The position numbers and the translations under genes are program-made. This document shows positions 23,101-33,670 of a DNA stretch of 64,000 nucleotides, piece after piece. The first letter of the stretch is position 1. Each line of letters begins with the position of its first letter. The stretch is from Selaginella moellendorffii. Its lineage: Eukaryota > Plantae > Lycopodiophyta. A model generated the notes under the pieces. That model made no database searches, was not told the origin of the DNA, and saw only the letters and a program-made list of their open reading frames with translations. The stretch lies in the NCBI RefSeq assembly GCF_000143415.4, contig NW_003314309.1, positions 675,459 to 739,458 of the forward strand. Direction: 5' to 3'.

Positions 23101-25546
23101 ATCAAGTGGGGGCTCGAGGGTGTTACTGCTAGCAATCATGATGCCATGGAGAGTCTAAAATATAGAATTGTCCATGTTAGACTATATGGTAACTGGAAAG
23201 CTTGCAAAAAGGGAGGCCTTAGCAAACTAAGGGACAAAGTTCCTTCAAGGTTCCCAAAGAGGATTCTAGGTAGCTTAATACCTAGAAAGGCCAAACGTAA
23301 ATGGTTCAAAGAACGCGCGAAATCAGAGTGGCGCAGCAGAAGCGTGGTCTTGAAGCTTGCCATGAGGCAAGGCTATCAAGGTTTGGGAAGTAGTTCCCGA
23401 GTGTTCAAAGAGAGGGCTTTGAACAAAAGTCGATGATCAAGGGCTTTCACGCTTGTGCAGGAACCATGTTACAGTGGTCGGAGGACTTGCCAAAGCGAGA
23501 TTGGCAAGTCAGGGGAACAAATACTCTAGTTGAAGGTGATAACTTCAAAAAGGGTGGGCCATGGGGCCAAGCATGGAGGAGTCCATGCATGATCACAGGC
23601 TTGTCAAGTGAGAGGACTTGGCAGTGGGGAGGAACTAGGTTCCTAAGCTGTGATCTATAGCGCGCTTTGAATATAAGTTAGTGCACCGGCGTGGGGAGTC
23701 ACGCCAGTCATCCGGTGTGATGCCGTCCGTAGATGCATATACGGAGGTTGGGTTCGAGTCCCGACCCTCTAGTGCTTGGGTTCGAGTCCTAAATCACTAG
23801 GGCGTGGTGATGGTTTGGAATATGAGGACACTCATATTTCGGTGGTCATGGACTCTCAGTGGGGAGACTAGTTTGGGCACACCACCAAGCGAGGGATGCC
23901 TCAGAGTCGTGATGCACGGTTAGATTGCTTAGTGTGAAAGCTCAGTATATCTAACTTGAACACTTTGGTGCAAGTGGCACTAAGAACGTGGTGAATGAGA
24001 TGGGGACACCCAGTCTCAGTTGCTATGGACCCTTGGCCGGAAGGGCTGGCTTGGGCACACCGCCAAGTGTGGGGGATGCCCCCGGGGTCGTAGTTAACAA
24101 GTTAAAGGTCTGGAAGACCTAGTGCCTATTGGCAAACCTGTTAAAGTGCCGAGGTGAGATCACTAGGTGATCTTGTGGCTAAATAAAGACAAGGTCCTTG
24201 TTTGGCTAAGGAATGAAGTTCCTGGTTCAAAATCTTGAAATTGAACTGTTTAAGGTGGTGTGGCTTGGTCATGATGACCAAGTGGGAAGAGCACCTAAGG
24301 GAAATAAACTATGTCCATGCGATGGCGTAGTGAGTCCAAGGAAAGTAGTCTCTATAAGAGACCCATGGGAGGGTCACGAAGTTGAGCCGTGGATAGAGCC
24401 CATAGCAGAAGACGCTAAAGAGACGTATTAGGGGTGAACATCCTTCGGATTTGGCAAAGAAGAGTCTTTGCTATGGAACCGAAAGGATACCTCAAAAATG
24501 GAGGTAGCGATCCTATGTTGCTGGGTGCAACAATCAAGGATAGGAGCAAAAGATTAGTGGCCAAGTTTGGGCCATGGAATTTAATGGAAGGGATCCAAAT
24601 GGCAAAGTTAGCCAAGGAACACTAATGTGTTTGATGCTAACGGCTTGTGGGAAAGGAAGTGGACTTCCAAGGATGGATTCCTAAGTGCTCCAATTTGGTG
24701 AAGTAAAAGCTCACGGTGAGGGAGCGGCAAAGTAGCCAAAAGATAGGGCCATGGACAGCCCTAGCACACAATATGATAACTGGAACTCAGTGTCCAAAGG
24801 TGGCATGAAATCAAACAGAGGATGATGGTGCCCTCAAGTGGAGAACTTCCTAGGATGAGGAAGTGGAGTTGCACAATATGTGCAATGCAAGGTGTCGAAG
24901 ACACCTAGGAAATTGACCCCAAGAAGTTAAAATTCAAAGTTCCAAAGTGCAAAGGTTATATCGATGGGAATTGAAACCACTCGAGAATGAGTAGTGGGAA
25001 TTGAGTTAGAGAAGATGTCTCTAACAGGTTTAGTGAGAGCTGAACCAATAAAAGGGAGCAAACCACCCCAGGTGGTCGAATAAGTCTCTATGTTGGAAAG
25101 GCTATCCTCCTTAGAGGATGGGCAAGGCATAGTGAGCCTTTGGTGTCAAACCATTGACGAATATAGAGAAGGCATGGTGAGCCTTCAAAATCAAACTATT
25201 GACAAATATTGGCTATGTGCCAAGGATGGAAATGGTAACACCTGCGGATGTTACTTTATGAAAGGGTTTACCGTTCGATGAGGACATCGAACTTCGTCTA
25301 TGGGTGGTGGAGTTGTGAGACACAAAATCCCTAGGCCCCAAAGTGGAGCCGGAAAGGGTGCCACGTGGTAGTGGCCGAAGCGAAAGCCAAACGAGCATAA
25401 CACGTTTGGACTAAAAGCTCCGACTTGGAAGGTCGAGAGCGGGAGTGGAACTCCCAACAAAGTGCTCGAGGAGCAAGCACGAGGCAACCAATAAGCAAGG
25501 CTCCAAAAAGGGACCCAAAAAGGACTAACACATGACACGTGGAAGT

Positions 25547-26303
25547 GTCCGAGATGGAGTCCGAGGCGGACCCGAGTTGGAGTCCGAGATGGACCCGAAA
25601 TGGAGTCCGAGATGGACCCGAAGTGGAGTCCGAGATGGACCCGAAGTGGAGTCCGATATGGAGTCCGATATGGAGTCCGAAGTGGAGTCCGAGATGGAGT
25701 CTGATATGGAGTCCAAGATGGACCCGAAGTAGAGTCCGATATGGAGTCCGATATGGAGTCCGAGATAGAGTTTGAGATGGACCCGAAGTGGAGTCCGAGA
25801 TGGAGTCTGAGATGGACCCGAGATGGAGTCCGAGATGGAGTCCGAGATGGACCCGAAGTGGAGTCCAAGATGGACCCGAAGTGGAGTCCGATATGGAGTC
25901 CGAAGTGGAGTCCGAAGTGGAGTCCGAGATGGAGTCCGATATGGAGTCCGAGATGGACCCGAAGTGGAGTCCGATATGGAGTCCGAGATGGAGTCCGAGA
26001 TGCACCCGAAGTGGAGTCCGAGATGGAGTCCGAGATGGACCCGAGATGGAGTCCAAGATGGAGTTTGAGATGGAGTCTGAGATGGACCCGAGATGGAGTC
26101 CGAGATGGACCCGAGATGGAGTCCGAGATGGACCCGAGATGGAGTCCGAGATGGAGTCCGAGATGAACCCGAGATGGAGTCCGAGATGGAACCGAGACCG
26201 AGACCGAGACCGAGGCCGAGACCGAGGCCGAGACCGAGTCCGAGTCCGAAACCGGGACCGAGACCGAGTCCGAGTCCGAGTTCGAGCCCGAGTCCGAGTC
26301 CGA
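25547..26303 (+). repeat. Minisatellite in the 3' LTR of family A copy 1 (longer than in the 5' LTR)
   Basis: Same units. The array accounts for most of the ~200-bp length difference between the two LTRs. Confidence 0.93.
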
Positions 26304-28119
26304 ATACTAATACAGGCAGTTGGGTGAAAGCCCAAAGCGATCGTCCCCCAGGGGAGGGGGCTGCGGGGGGTTCCAAAAGTATAGTAGGGAGAGTGTGGGG
26401 GTTGGAGCCTAGTGGAGCCAGTTTGGCCAGGAAAGGCTAGTTTGGCCCAGGAAGGCCAGGCCCAGTGTTGGGTGATAAGCTGACCACTGGGAAGTCCAAG
26501 ACTAGAGTGAACACGGACCGACAAGCGGGGTAGCTTGGTGAAGTGTTCAAGAGCCGACTCTAGTTCCCCCGGGAGATCGACTGGCCAATGCTCCCAGTCC
26601 AAGTGTGGGTGGCACTACCTACTTGGATACCAGGCGTGGCTCAACGGAACCTCGCTCTAAGCCCATGGCTAGAGCACCCAAGGGCGGAAGGCGGGGAGAG
26701 CACCCAGGTGGCTCGCGTAAGGCCACGGTGTTCCGAAATGTTGTCCCAAAGGCCCAGACTGTGGAAAGGAAGAGGAGCAGTCCTCTGGGGTAGTGACCAA
26801 GGACACAGTCATGTGGTGAGGAAGTCCAAGAGGACCATGGGACTTAGTGGTCGGGCCTGTAGGCCTCGATCCAGTGGCAGTGTTGGCAAACACGGCCAGG
26901 GGCAAAAAGGGACTTAGTGGGGACTGACAGAGGGATATTGGGGAAGGCTATTCCCCTTGTGGGTGGGCATCCTAAGGATGCTAAGGAGTGGATCTGAGAT
27001 GACCACTCACGAATGGTTTGCCTAGTCTTGAAGAGCCAAGATTGTGATGCAAGTGATATGGACTACCAGTGTGGCAAAGGTGATTGGGCATGGCCTTAGC
27101 GTAACAAGCTGCCATGTTGGTGGTACCTTTGAGTGCCGGTTATGGGATCGGACACGTGGAGCACTTGGACCAAGTGCAAATGTTGAGTGGCATGGATGCC
27201 ATTCTCGGGGCTAGCAAGTCCCAAGTCTTGAATTGGACTTATGGAGGTTGTGAATGAGACTCCTCCAAGTGGTCGGAGGTGTGGTTAAGTGACTGAAGTA
27301 GAATGGAAAATTTAGTCGCTTACAGGATGTTAATCCAAAAAATGCTGAGAACGCCAATATGTATAGCCAACCTTATCACATGCTTGGGAATGAACATTAC
27401 AACCATGCCTATGTCCTCACCCTTAGTGTAGTGATAAGTGGGAAAAGTGATATCTCATAGTGTTGTATTAATTGAAGAGTGTTGCTAAGGGTGGCTAGAG
27501 CTAATGTATGCTTGAGTCCCATAAGATTTTGATGAAGCATTGGCCATAACATTCCTAACTTGATCTACTTTAATATATTTAGCTCTGCACAAAATAAAAG
27601 GCTTTGGAAACAAATATTAAATTGCATCATTGACTCAAATGACCTTTGCTAAATACAATACAATTGTTAGAAGGTATTATCGTAATCATTAGCATGTCCA
27701 AATAAGTGTTTAAGGACATTTTTTAGAAGGCTTCAATCCACATGAGTAGCTATAATCAAACCATTGTACCATTGTAACATTGTCCCTTGGAGAAATGTCA
27801 AAAACTTGCATAGGCCCCGGGCATCATCCCAAGAATGATAGACTCTAAAGTGATGAATAAATGGTACTCATCATCCCTAAAATTCTTATAAAAAATTTTA
27901 GTTTGATATGAGGATTGATATGAAGAGCAAAAGGAGTTGCACCACATTCTATGAATGCTGCCATCAAATGAATCTGGTTTTTCAATTATAATTATATAGC
28001 ATTGAGCAATTACACCAATTATTATTCCAAAGTCAAAGGAGGGCCACAACGTTGTTTCATGGATAACTATGATCGAGGTGAAGGCCGAGAGTGGCAATTC
28101 TATGGTGGCTTTGCAAAGA

Positions 28120-28704
28120 TGTAAACAACTAAAAGGAATAACTTAAAAAACAATCTATAAAGGTTCAAATATAAAGAGAAAGGGCTTATGAATAAAAGTG
28201 CACTCCCTTTTTCAATCGTTAAGGGTTTTGGGATAGTTGGGGTTAAACATCCTTGGGTTGGAATAATACTGGGTTAGATATGTCCTGGGAAGTTCAAATT
28301 CAGAAGTTTACATTTAATAATAAAAGGGTCTTAAGTCTAACTCTATTAGTTAGCTTAAAGGAATCACACCACATATTGATTGATATCTGGCAAGTCTAGT
28401 ATGTGCCGTTGGGATCGACATGAGGGGTAGAGTGTCAAAAGAGTGAGGCTTTTGAGAGGGTTGCAACTCTTAGCTTCCATTCACAAAGGTGTGAACTTGC
28501 AAAAAAGTGTAATGAATTATAAGCAAACAAAGGGAATGACAAGAGAAATGATTTAATGATTTATAGAGAAAAAGCATATAAACAAGAGTGCACCCTCTTT
28601 TCTAATCAATTAAGGGTTTTGGGATAGTTGAGGTTAAGTGTTCTTAATTTTGAATAGTACTAGGTTAGGTGATTTTCTGGGAAGTTCAAATTTAGGAACT
28701 TATA
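28120..28704 (+). mobile_element. TRIM-like element (family D), uninterrupted
   Basis: Repeats 28120-28312 and ~28518-28704 around a ~205-bp internal segment homologous to 13448-13652. Flanks AAAGA/AAGGA. Confidence 0.7.
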
Positions 28705-29353
28705 AAGGATGCTACTGCTTTGCCATTAAGATAAATAAACAAAATCAAAGCAAAAAAGAAGAAATTAATAAACCTTATAAATGAGAGAGATCTAGACAAT
28801 GCAAAAGCTAAATCTAAACCAAAAGCATAAATCCAAACACTCTTTAGGAATAATTAAAATTGCCCCTCAACTCCACCAATGTGAATGTATGAAAATGGAA
28901 TATAAAAATATACATATTTAATTAGCCTAAAAACCTTAACTCATATATAGGAGTGATTAAAACCAATCCGATAAGCTACTAAAATCCCACTACAATAATA
29001 ATAATATACAATATCACCTAGATCTCACAATATTTTTTTTTTATGTTTGAAAAATATTTTAGTATAATTGTGAGTGCATGGAATATGGAAAGGGAATACA
29101 GAAATGTGCAAATCAATTAACCCAAAAACCCTAGCTTATATACAGGAGCGAGTGGTCCGGATTGAAACCAATTCGACGGCTACCAAAATCCCACTACGCT
29201 AATATTAGTATATAGCATCGTAGCCATACACTTGGCCCTCACATCATCCCCTCTTCTCGGAATAATGGAAGGCCGTCAGGGTTCTCTTGTAGATAGGCCG
29301 GGATCTAGAGGAACATCAGGAGGAGGCATCGGTGGATCTGTAGACGGTATTAA

Positions 29354-30420
29354 CTACTCCTGATCCCTTTGTATGAAGCATTTTAACTGCTGCACATGCA
29401 CAATCTCCGGAGGATCGGTCTGCTGAACGTCATGCCGAACCTCATAAACTTGTGGTCCAACTTGCCACAACACCCGATACGGTCCTTTCCATTGCGTAAG
29501 GAGCCCCTTAGATAAACCACGTACCGTAAGATGGGGAAAACGGACTAACACCAAATCATCCACTTTGTACTCCGCAGGTGGATGATGATGGGAATTGTAG
29601 CGCCGTTGTTGTCCCACTTGTACGCGGCCTAAGTGTTCAGTAGACTCTGCTCGGACAAGTGGAAGAATGTTTGTCAAATATTGATCCCATGACCTAGCAT
29701 CAGGAGCTCGTGGCAATCGCAAAGGTAAACCTAGCTCTGTTGGTAATATTGGATCATGACCATATAGAAGTTTATATGGTGAAGCACCAATAGAACTCTG
29801 CACCCCTGTGACATAGGCATACCGAAGAGACGGCAAATAACCATCCCAATCCGAATGCTGAAAGTTCACATACTTCGCAATCATCCCTTTGAATGTCCGA
29901 ACGAGCCGTTCCACCAGACCGTCTGATTGTGGATGATAAGCACTCGTAAAAGTGTGGCGTATCCCCAACCGAGATGTCAAAATATGAAATACCTCAGCCA
30001 TAAATGCAGGACCATTATCCGAAAGAATCCACTCTTGACAAGAATGCTGGAACACCACTCGATTGAGGAGGAAGTATCCAACAGTAGTTGCAGAGGCACT
30101 AGCAAAAGCACCAACTTCCACCCAACGAGTCAAGTATTCAGAAGCAATAATAACATACTCATTGCCAGCAGTCGATCGTGAAAAAGGTCCCATAAGATCA
30201 AACGCCACCAACTCAAACGGACGAGAAACTGCAATTGACTCCAACTGTCCTTCCGCAGCACAAGGGGGAGTATTACGAGCTTGGCACCAAACGCAGTTAC
30301 GCACATACCGGATAATATCACGTCACATCTCTGGCCAATAGAAAGATCTATGCAGCTTCTCGGTGACACGATGGTGTCCCATATGCCCACCTAGAATAGG
30401 AGAATCATAGTAGGCATGGA
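29354..30420 (-). pseudogene. Integrase (HHCC region interrupted by a stop, DDE core, GPY motif)
   Basis: GGHMG...FYWPEM*...CVWCQ; FDLMGPF, SDNG, YHPQSDGLVER, WKGPYRV. No chromodomain recognised. Confidence 0.9.
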
Positions 30421-30529
30421 GAAACCGCGGAATAAACACCGAAGGCACCACCAGCCATAAATGATCATCAGGATCCGTCCTCACAAAATAAAGAAGGCCA
30501 TCTTCAAGGCGATATTGAGAATGTAAATG

Positions 30530-32875
30530 TCAAAAAGGCAAATCATCAGCAAGTGATGCAGGATTCTTAAACCCATCTCGAAGCCTTCGAATCCACGGCT
30601 CAATCTTTTGAGCCTCGCGAACCTCATCAAGAGAAGGTAGATCTTGCTCTGCACCCTGTGGACACTGAACATCAAGGACAGCAACCGCCGACGGCACAGA
30701 ATCCTCATCTAGAAAATCCACAGATGCTGGAACAACAGGTTCGTCAGAAACATGAAAAGTGAGTGGAGAAGGAAGAGGAGCTCGAGAAAGGGCATCAGCA
30801 TCAGCCATAGAACTCCCTGGGCAATGAACAACATCGAAATCATATATCTGAAGCTTCAAAGCCCATCGAGCCGTACAACCAACTAAGTTCTTCCGCTTCA
30901 ATAATGAAGTAATAGCAGCATGATCACCTTCAAGTAACGTCCAAGAACCATGTAGATATGCATGAAGTTTCTCGAAACCCCAGACTGCTACTAAACACTC
31001 CTTCTCCGTCGTGGAGTAGTTCATCTCCGCTGGTTGTAATGTACGGCTTATGTATGCAATGGGATGGCGCTGACTAGGCACACTCGAGCTCTCTTGCATC
31101 AACACACCTCCAAGACCAATGTCAAAAGCATCCATGTGCAAAATAAAAGGTCGAGTGTAGTCAGGATATGCCAAAACCGGAGGAGTCGTCAATAGCTCTT
31201 TGAGATTCACGAACGCCCGCTTACAATCCGGAGACCAAATGAAAGATGAAGTTGATGACTTTAGCAACGCTCGCAATGGTGTAGTGCAATTGGAAAGATG
31301 ATCCACAAAACGACCGAGATACTGCACCTTACCCAAAAAGCGTTGCACATCATTCACACACTTCGGAGTAGGGAACTTTAGAACAGCCACAAGTTTGTCA
31401 GGATCAACTTGCAAACCCTCACGAGAAATACGGTACCCAAGATAAGTTGTGTCCTTGGACCCAAACACGCACTTTGACCGCTTCAGCTTTAAACCAACGT
31501 CACGTAGCCGATCCAACACTTTACAAACATCACGAACGTGCTCCTCCCACGTCCCCTCCGAGTGGATCAAGACATCATCAATGAAGTCAGCCGTCACCTC
31601 TGGCATATCACAAAGAACCTTGTCCATCATCCGCTGGAAAGTTGCGGGAGCATTGTTCAAACCAAACGGCATCACCAAAAACTCGTACAAACCAAATGGT
31701 GTACGAAAAGCAGTCTTAGGAATATCTTCTTCGGCCATCAGTACTTGCCAATACCCAGAAGCAAGATCTAGCTTGGTGAACCAACGACTTCGCCCCAGAT
31801 GATCCAAGAGATTAGCAGTGTGAGGAAGAGGGTACACGTCCGGGATCGTCACTTCATTTAACGGACGATAGTCGATGTAGAAACGAATACTCCCATCAGG
31901 CTTTGTTACAAGATGAGGTTCATATGCCCAAGGACTCCGCGACTTCCGAATAACACCCTTCTCCAACATCTCCTTGATGTTTACACGTAAAATCTTGATC
32001 TCCTTGGGTGACCGACGACGAACAGGAACCTTGATTGGACGAGTATCCCCGGTTGGAATGGGATGACGTGTGGCAATCTTGGCCCCAGACGATAGGTCAA
32101 ATTCAAAGAGATCAAAATACTCCTTCATGAGCTGGTCAACAGCTGCAACACAAAGATCATCGGAGGGATCGAAAAAGGGAAGAGCAGAACAAGATGGAAA
32201 CACAAGAGGAAACAGTGGGGGAACAAAAGTAATGAAAGCAAAGGTAGAAGTAGAGGGATGAAGAGGTACGGAAGTGAGACGAATGGATGAAACATAAGGA
32301 AGTATGAGACAAGGGGGAGAAGCCTCAAAGTCACACTTGGCATGATTGCGCTGCAACCAATCCATACCAAGAATGAGGTCAAAAGCTTGACTCAGCACCA
32401 CCTGCAACGATTGCAACTCAAGCTCAAGATCGCCCACACGCACAACCAGGTTTGCCTCATCTCGTGCACATGCATGTGTACGGCCGTTGCCATAAAGAAT
32501 GAAAACTGGATCCGCCACACGACGCAAGTGTAGACGACAACGTGTGGCAACAGGTCGAGCAATAGAAGACAAACTCGAACCTGTATCAACCAACACGGAG
32601 AGAAGAATAGGAGACCTTTTGTTATAAAAATGAGCTTGAAAAATAAACACTGGATGAACCGGTGCCGAGTGAAAACCTTGATGATACTCCCAAAAAAAAG
32701 ATGGAGGGGTCACTAACTTATTCGCGCAAGGTCCCTCCATTACTCGTGCGACTCCTCGTTTCCCGAATGCACCTCGGTATCCAAACCTTCCACCGCAGCA
32801 GCACCAACGGGACGTTGCTGACGCCAAGGTCTCCACCCAGGAAATGGAGGTTGCCAATCCGGAAAACGCCGACAA
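30530..32875 (-). pseudogene. pol: pol: protease, reverse transcriptase, RNase H (frameshifted before integrase)
   Basis: LVDTGS protease, KLDLASGYWQ, MPFGLNNAPATFQR and FIDD RT motifs, RNase H NYSTTEKECL. Confidence 0.92.
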
Positions 32876-33670
32876 CGCCGATAAGTATGACCAACTTCAT
32901 CACACGCCTAGCAACGAACATCACAGCCACGACCACGTCCTCGCCTTTGTCCTTGGACTCGAGTAGCAGCAGCATCAACCTCCATGGGAACAGGACCATC
33001 ACTCATAAGAAGTGGAGCTGAAGGACGTGTAGCAAGAAGTGGAAGAGGCGACGTCTCATAACGTTGTGCCAAGCGAAGAGCATCGTCAAGAGTGGCAGGA
33101 GCAAGTGCATGCACAAGTCCGACAAGATCTTGACGAAGTGCTGGCCATAACATTCCTAACTTGATCCGCTCCGACATATTTGGCTCCGCACGAAGCAAAA
33201 GACTTCGGAAACAAATGCCAAATTGCATCACCGACTCAGATGGCCCTTGGCGAAGACAATGCAATTGTTGGAAGGCATCATCACAATCGTCGGCGTGTCC
33301 GAAGGCGCGTTTGAAAATGTCCGGAAGAACACTCCAATTGCCACGAGTGGCTGCGCTCAATCCATTGTACCACTGCAATGCCGTCCCTTGGAGACATGTG
33401 GGGAACTCACGCAAACGTCGAGCATCATCCCAAAAATGATGTGGCAATCACCGTGAAGTGATCGAACCAATGGTACACATCATCCCCAGGATTCCCACGA
33501 AAGAACTCCGGCCGAACGCGAGGATTGGCACCAAGAGCAGGAGGAGTTGTACCATGTGCTGTGAACGCCACCATCAACTGAGTTTGGTTGTTCAATTGCA
33601 AGTGCATAGCATTAAACAATTGAACCAACTGCTACTCTAGACTCAAAGGAGGAGATTGTGGATCGGCCAT
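32860..33670 (-). pseudogene. gag: gag (disrupted)
   Basis: PEFFRGNPGDDVYHW, LQGTALQWY, LRQGPSESV and PVPMEVD motifs plus zinc knuckle C*ACDEVGHTYRRC. In-frame TAG stops and a frameshift near 33440. Confidence 0.85.

Larger units (their letters stand above)
19401..27324 (+). mobile_element. Intact non-autonomous LTR retrotransposon, family A copy 1 (LARD-like)
   Basis: LTRs 19401-21209 and 25314-27324 (TG...CA). Perfect TSD GGATG. PBS TGGTATCGGAGC (tRNA-iMet-like) at 21213-21224. Purine-rich tract before the 3' LTR. The 4.1-kb interior has no long ORF. Confidence 0.95.
9762..29029 (-). mobile_element. Old, heavily decayed Ty3/gypsy element (family C) fragmented by nested insertions
   Basis: LTRs 9762-9937 and 28880-29029 resemble those of the copy at 29069-34081. 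The 4-bp TSD ATAT is present on both sides. PBS remnant CTCCACCAA at ~28871. AT-drifted int/RH/RT/protease/gag pieces lie in colinear order between the insertions (e.g. 9940-10860, 13850-14160, 15560-16180, 17810-18330, 27330-27830). Confidence 0.8.

Noticed and set aside
23685-23802. Genuine tRNA gene
   Set aside because: Only T-arm-like hairpins, with no canonical acceptor, D and anticodon arms. Reported as a mimic instead.
19418-26602. Long R/S/P/G/L-rich ORFs (up to 423 aa) on both strands, also at 41680-42692 and 47548-48514
   Set aside because: Artefacts of stop-poor 6- and 12-bp tandem repeats in family A LTRs. They appear in several frames at once.
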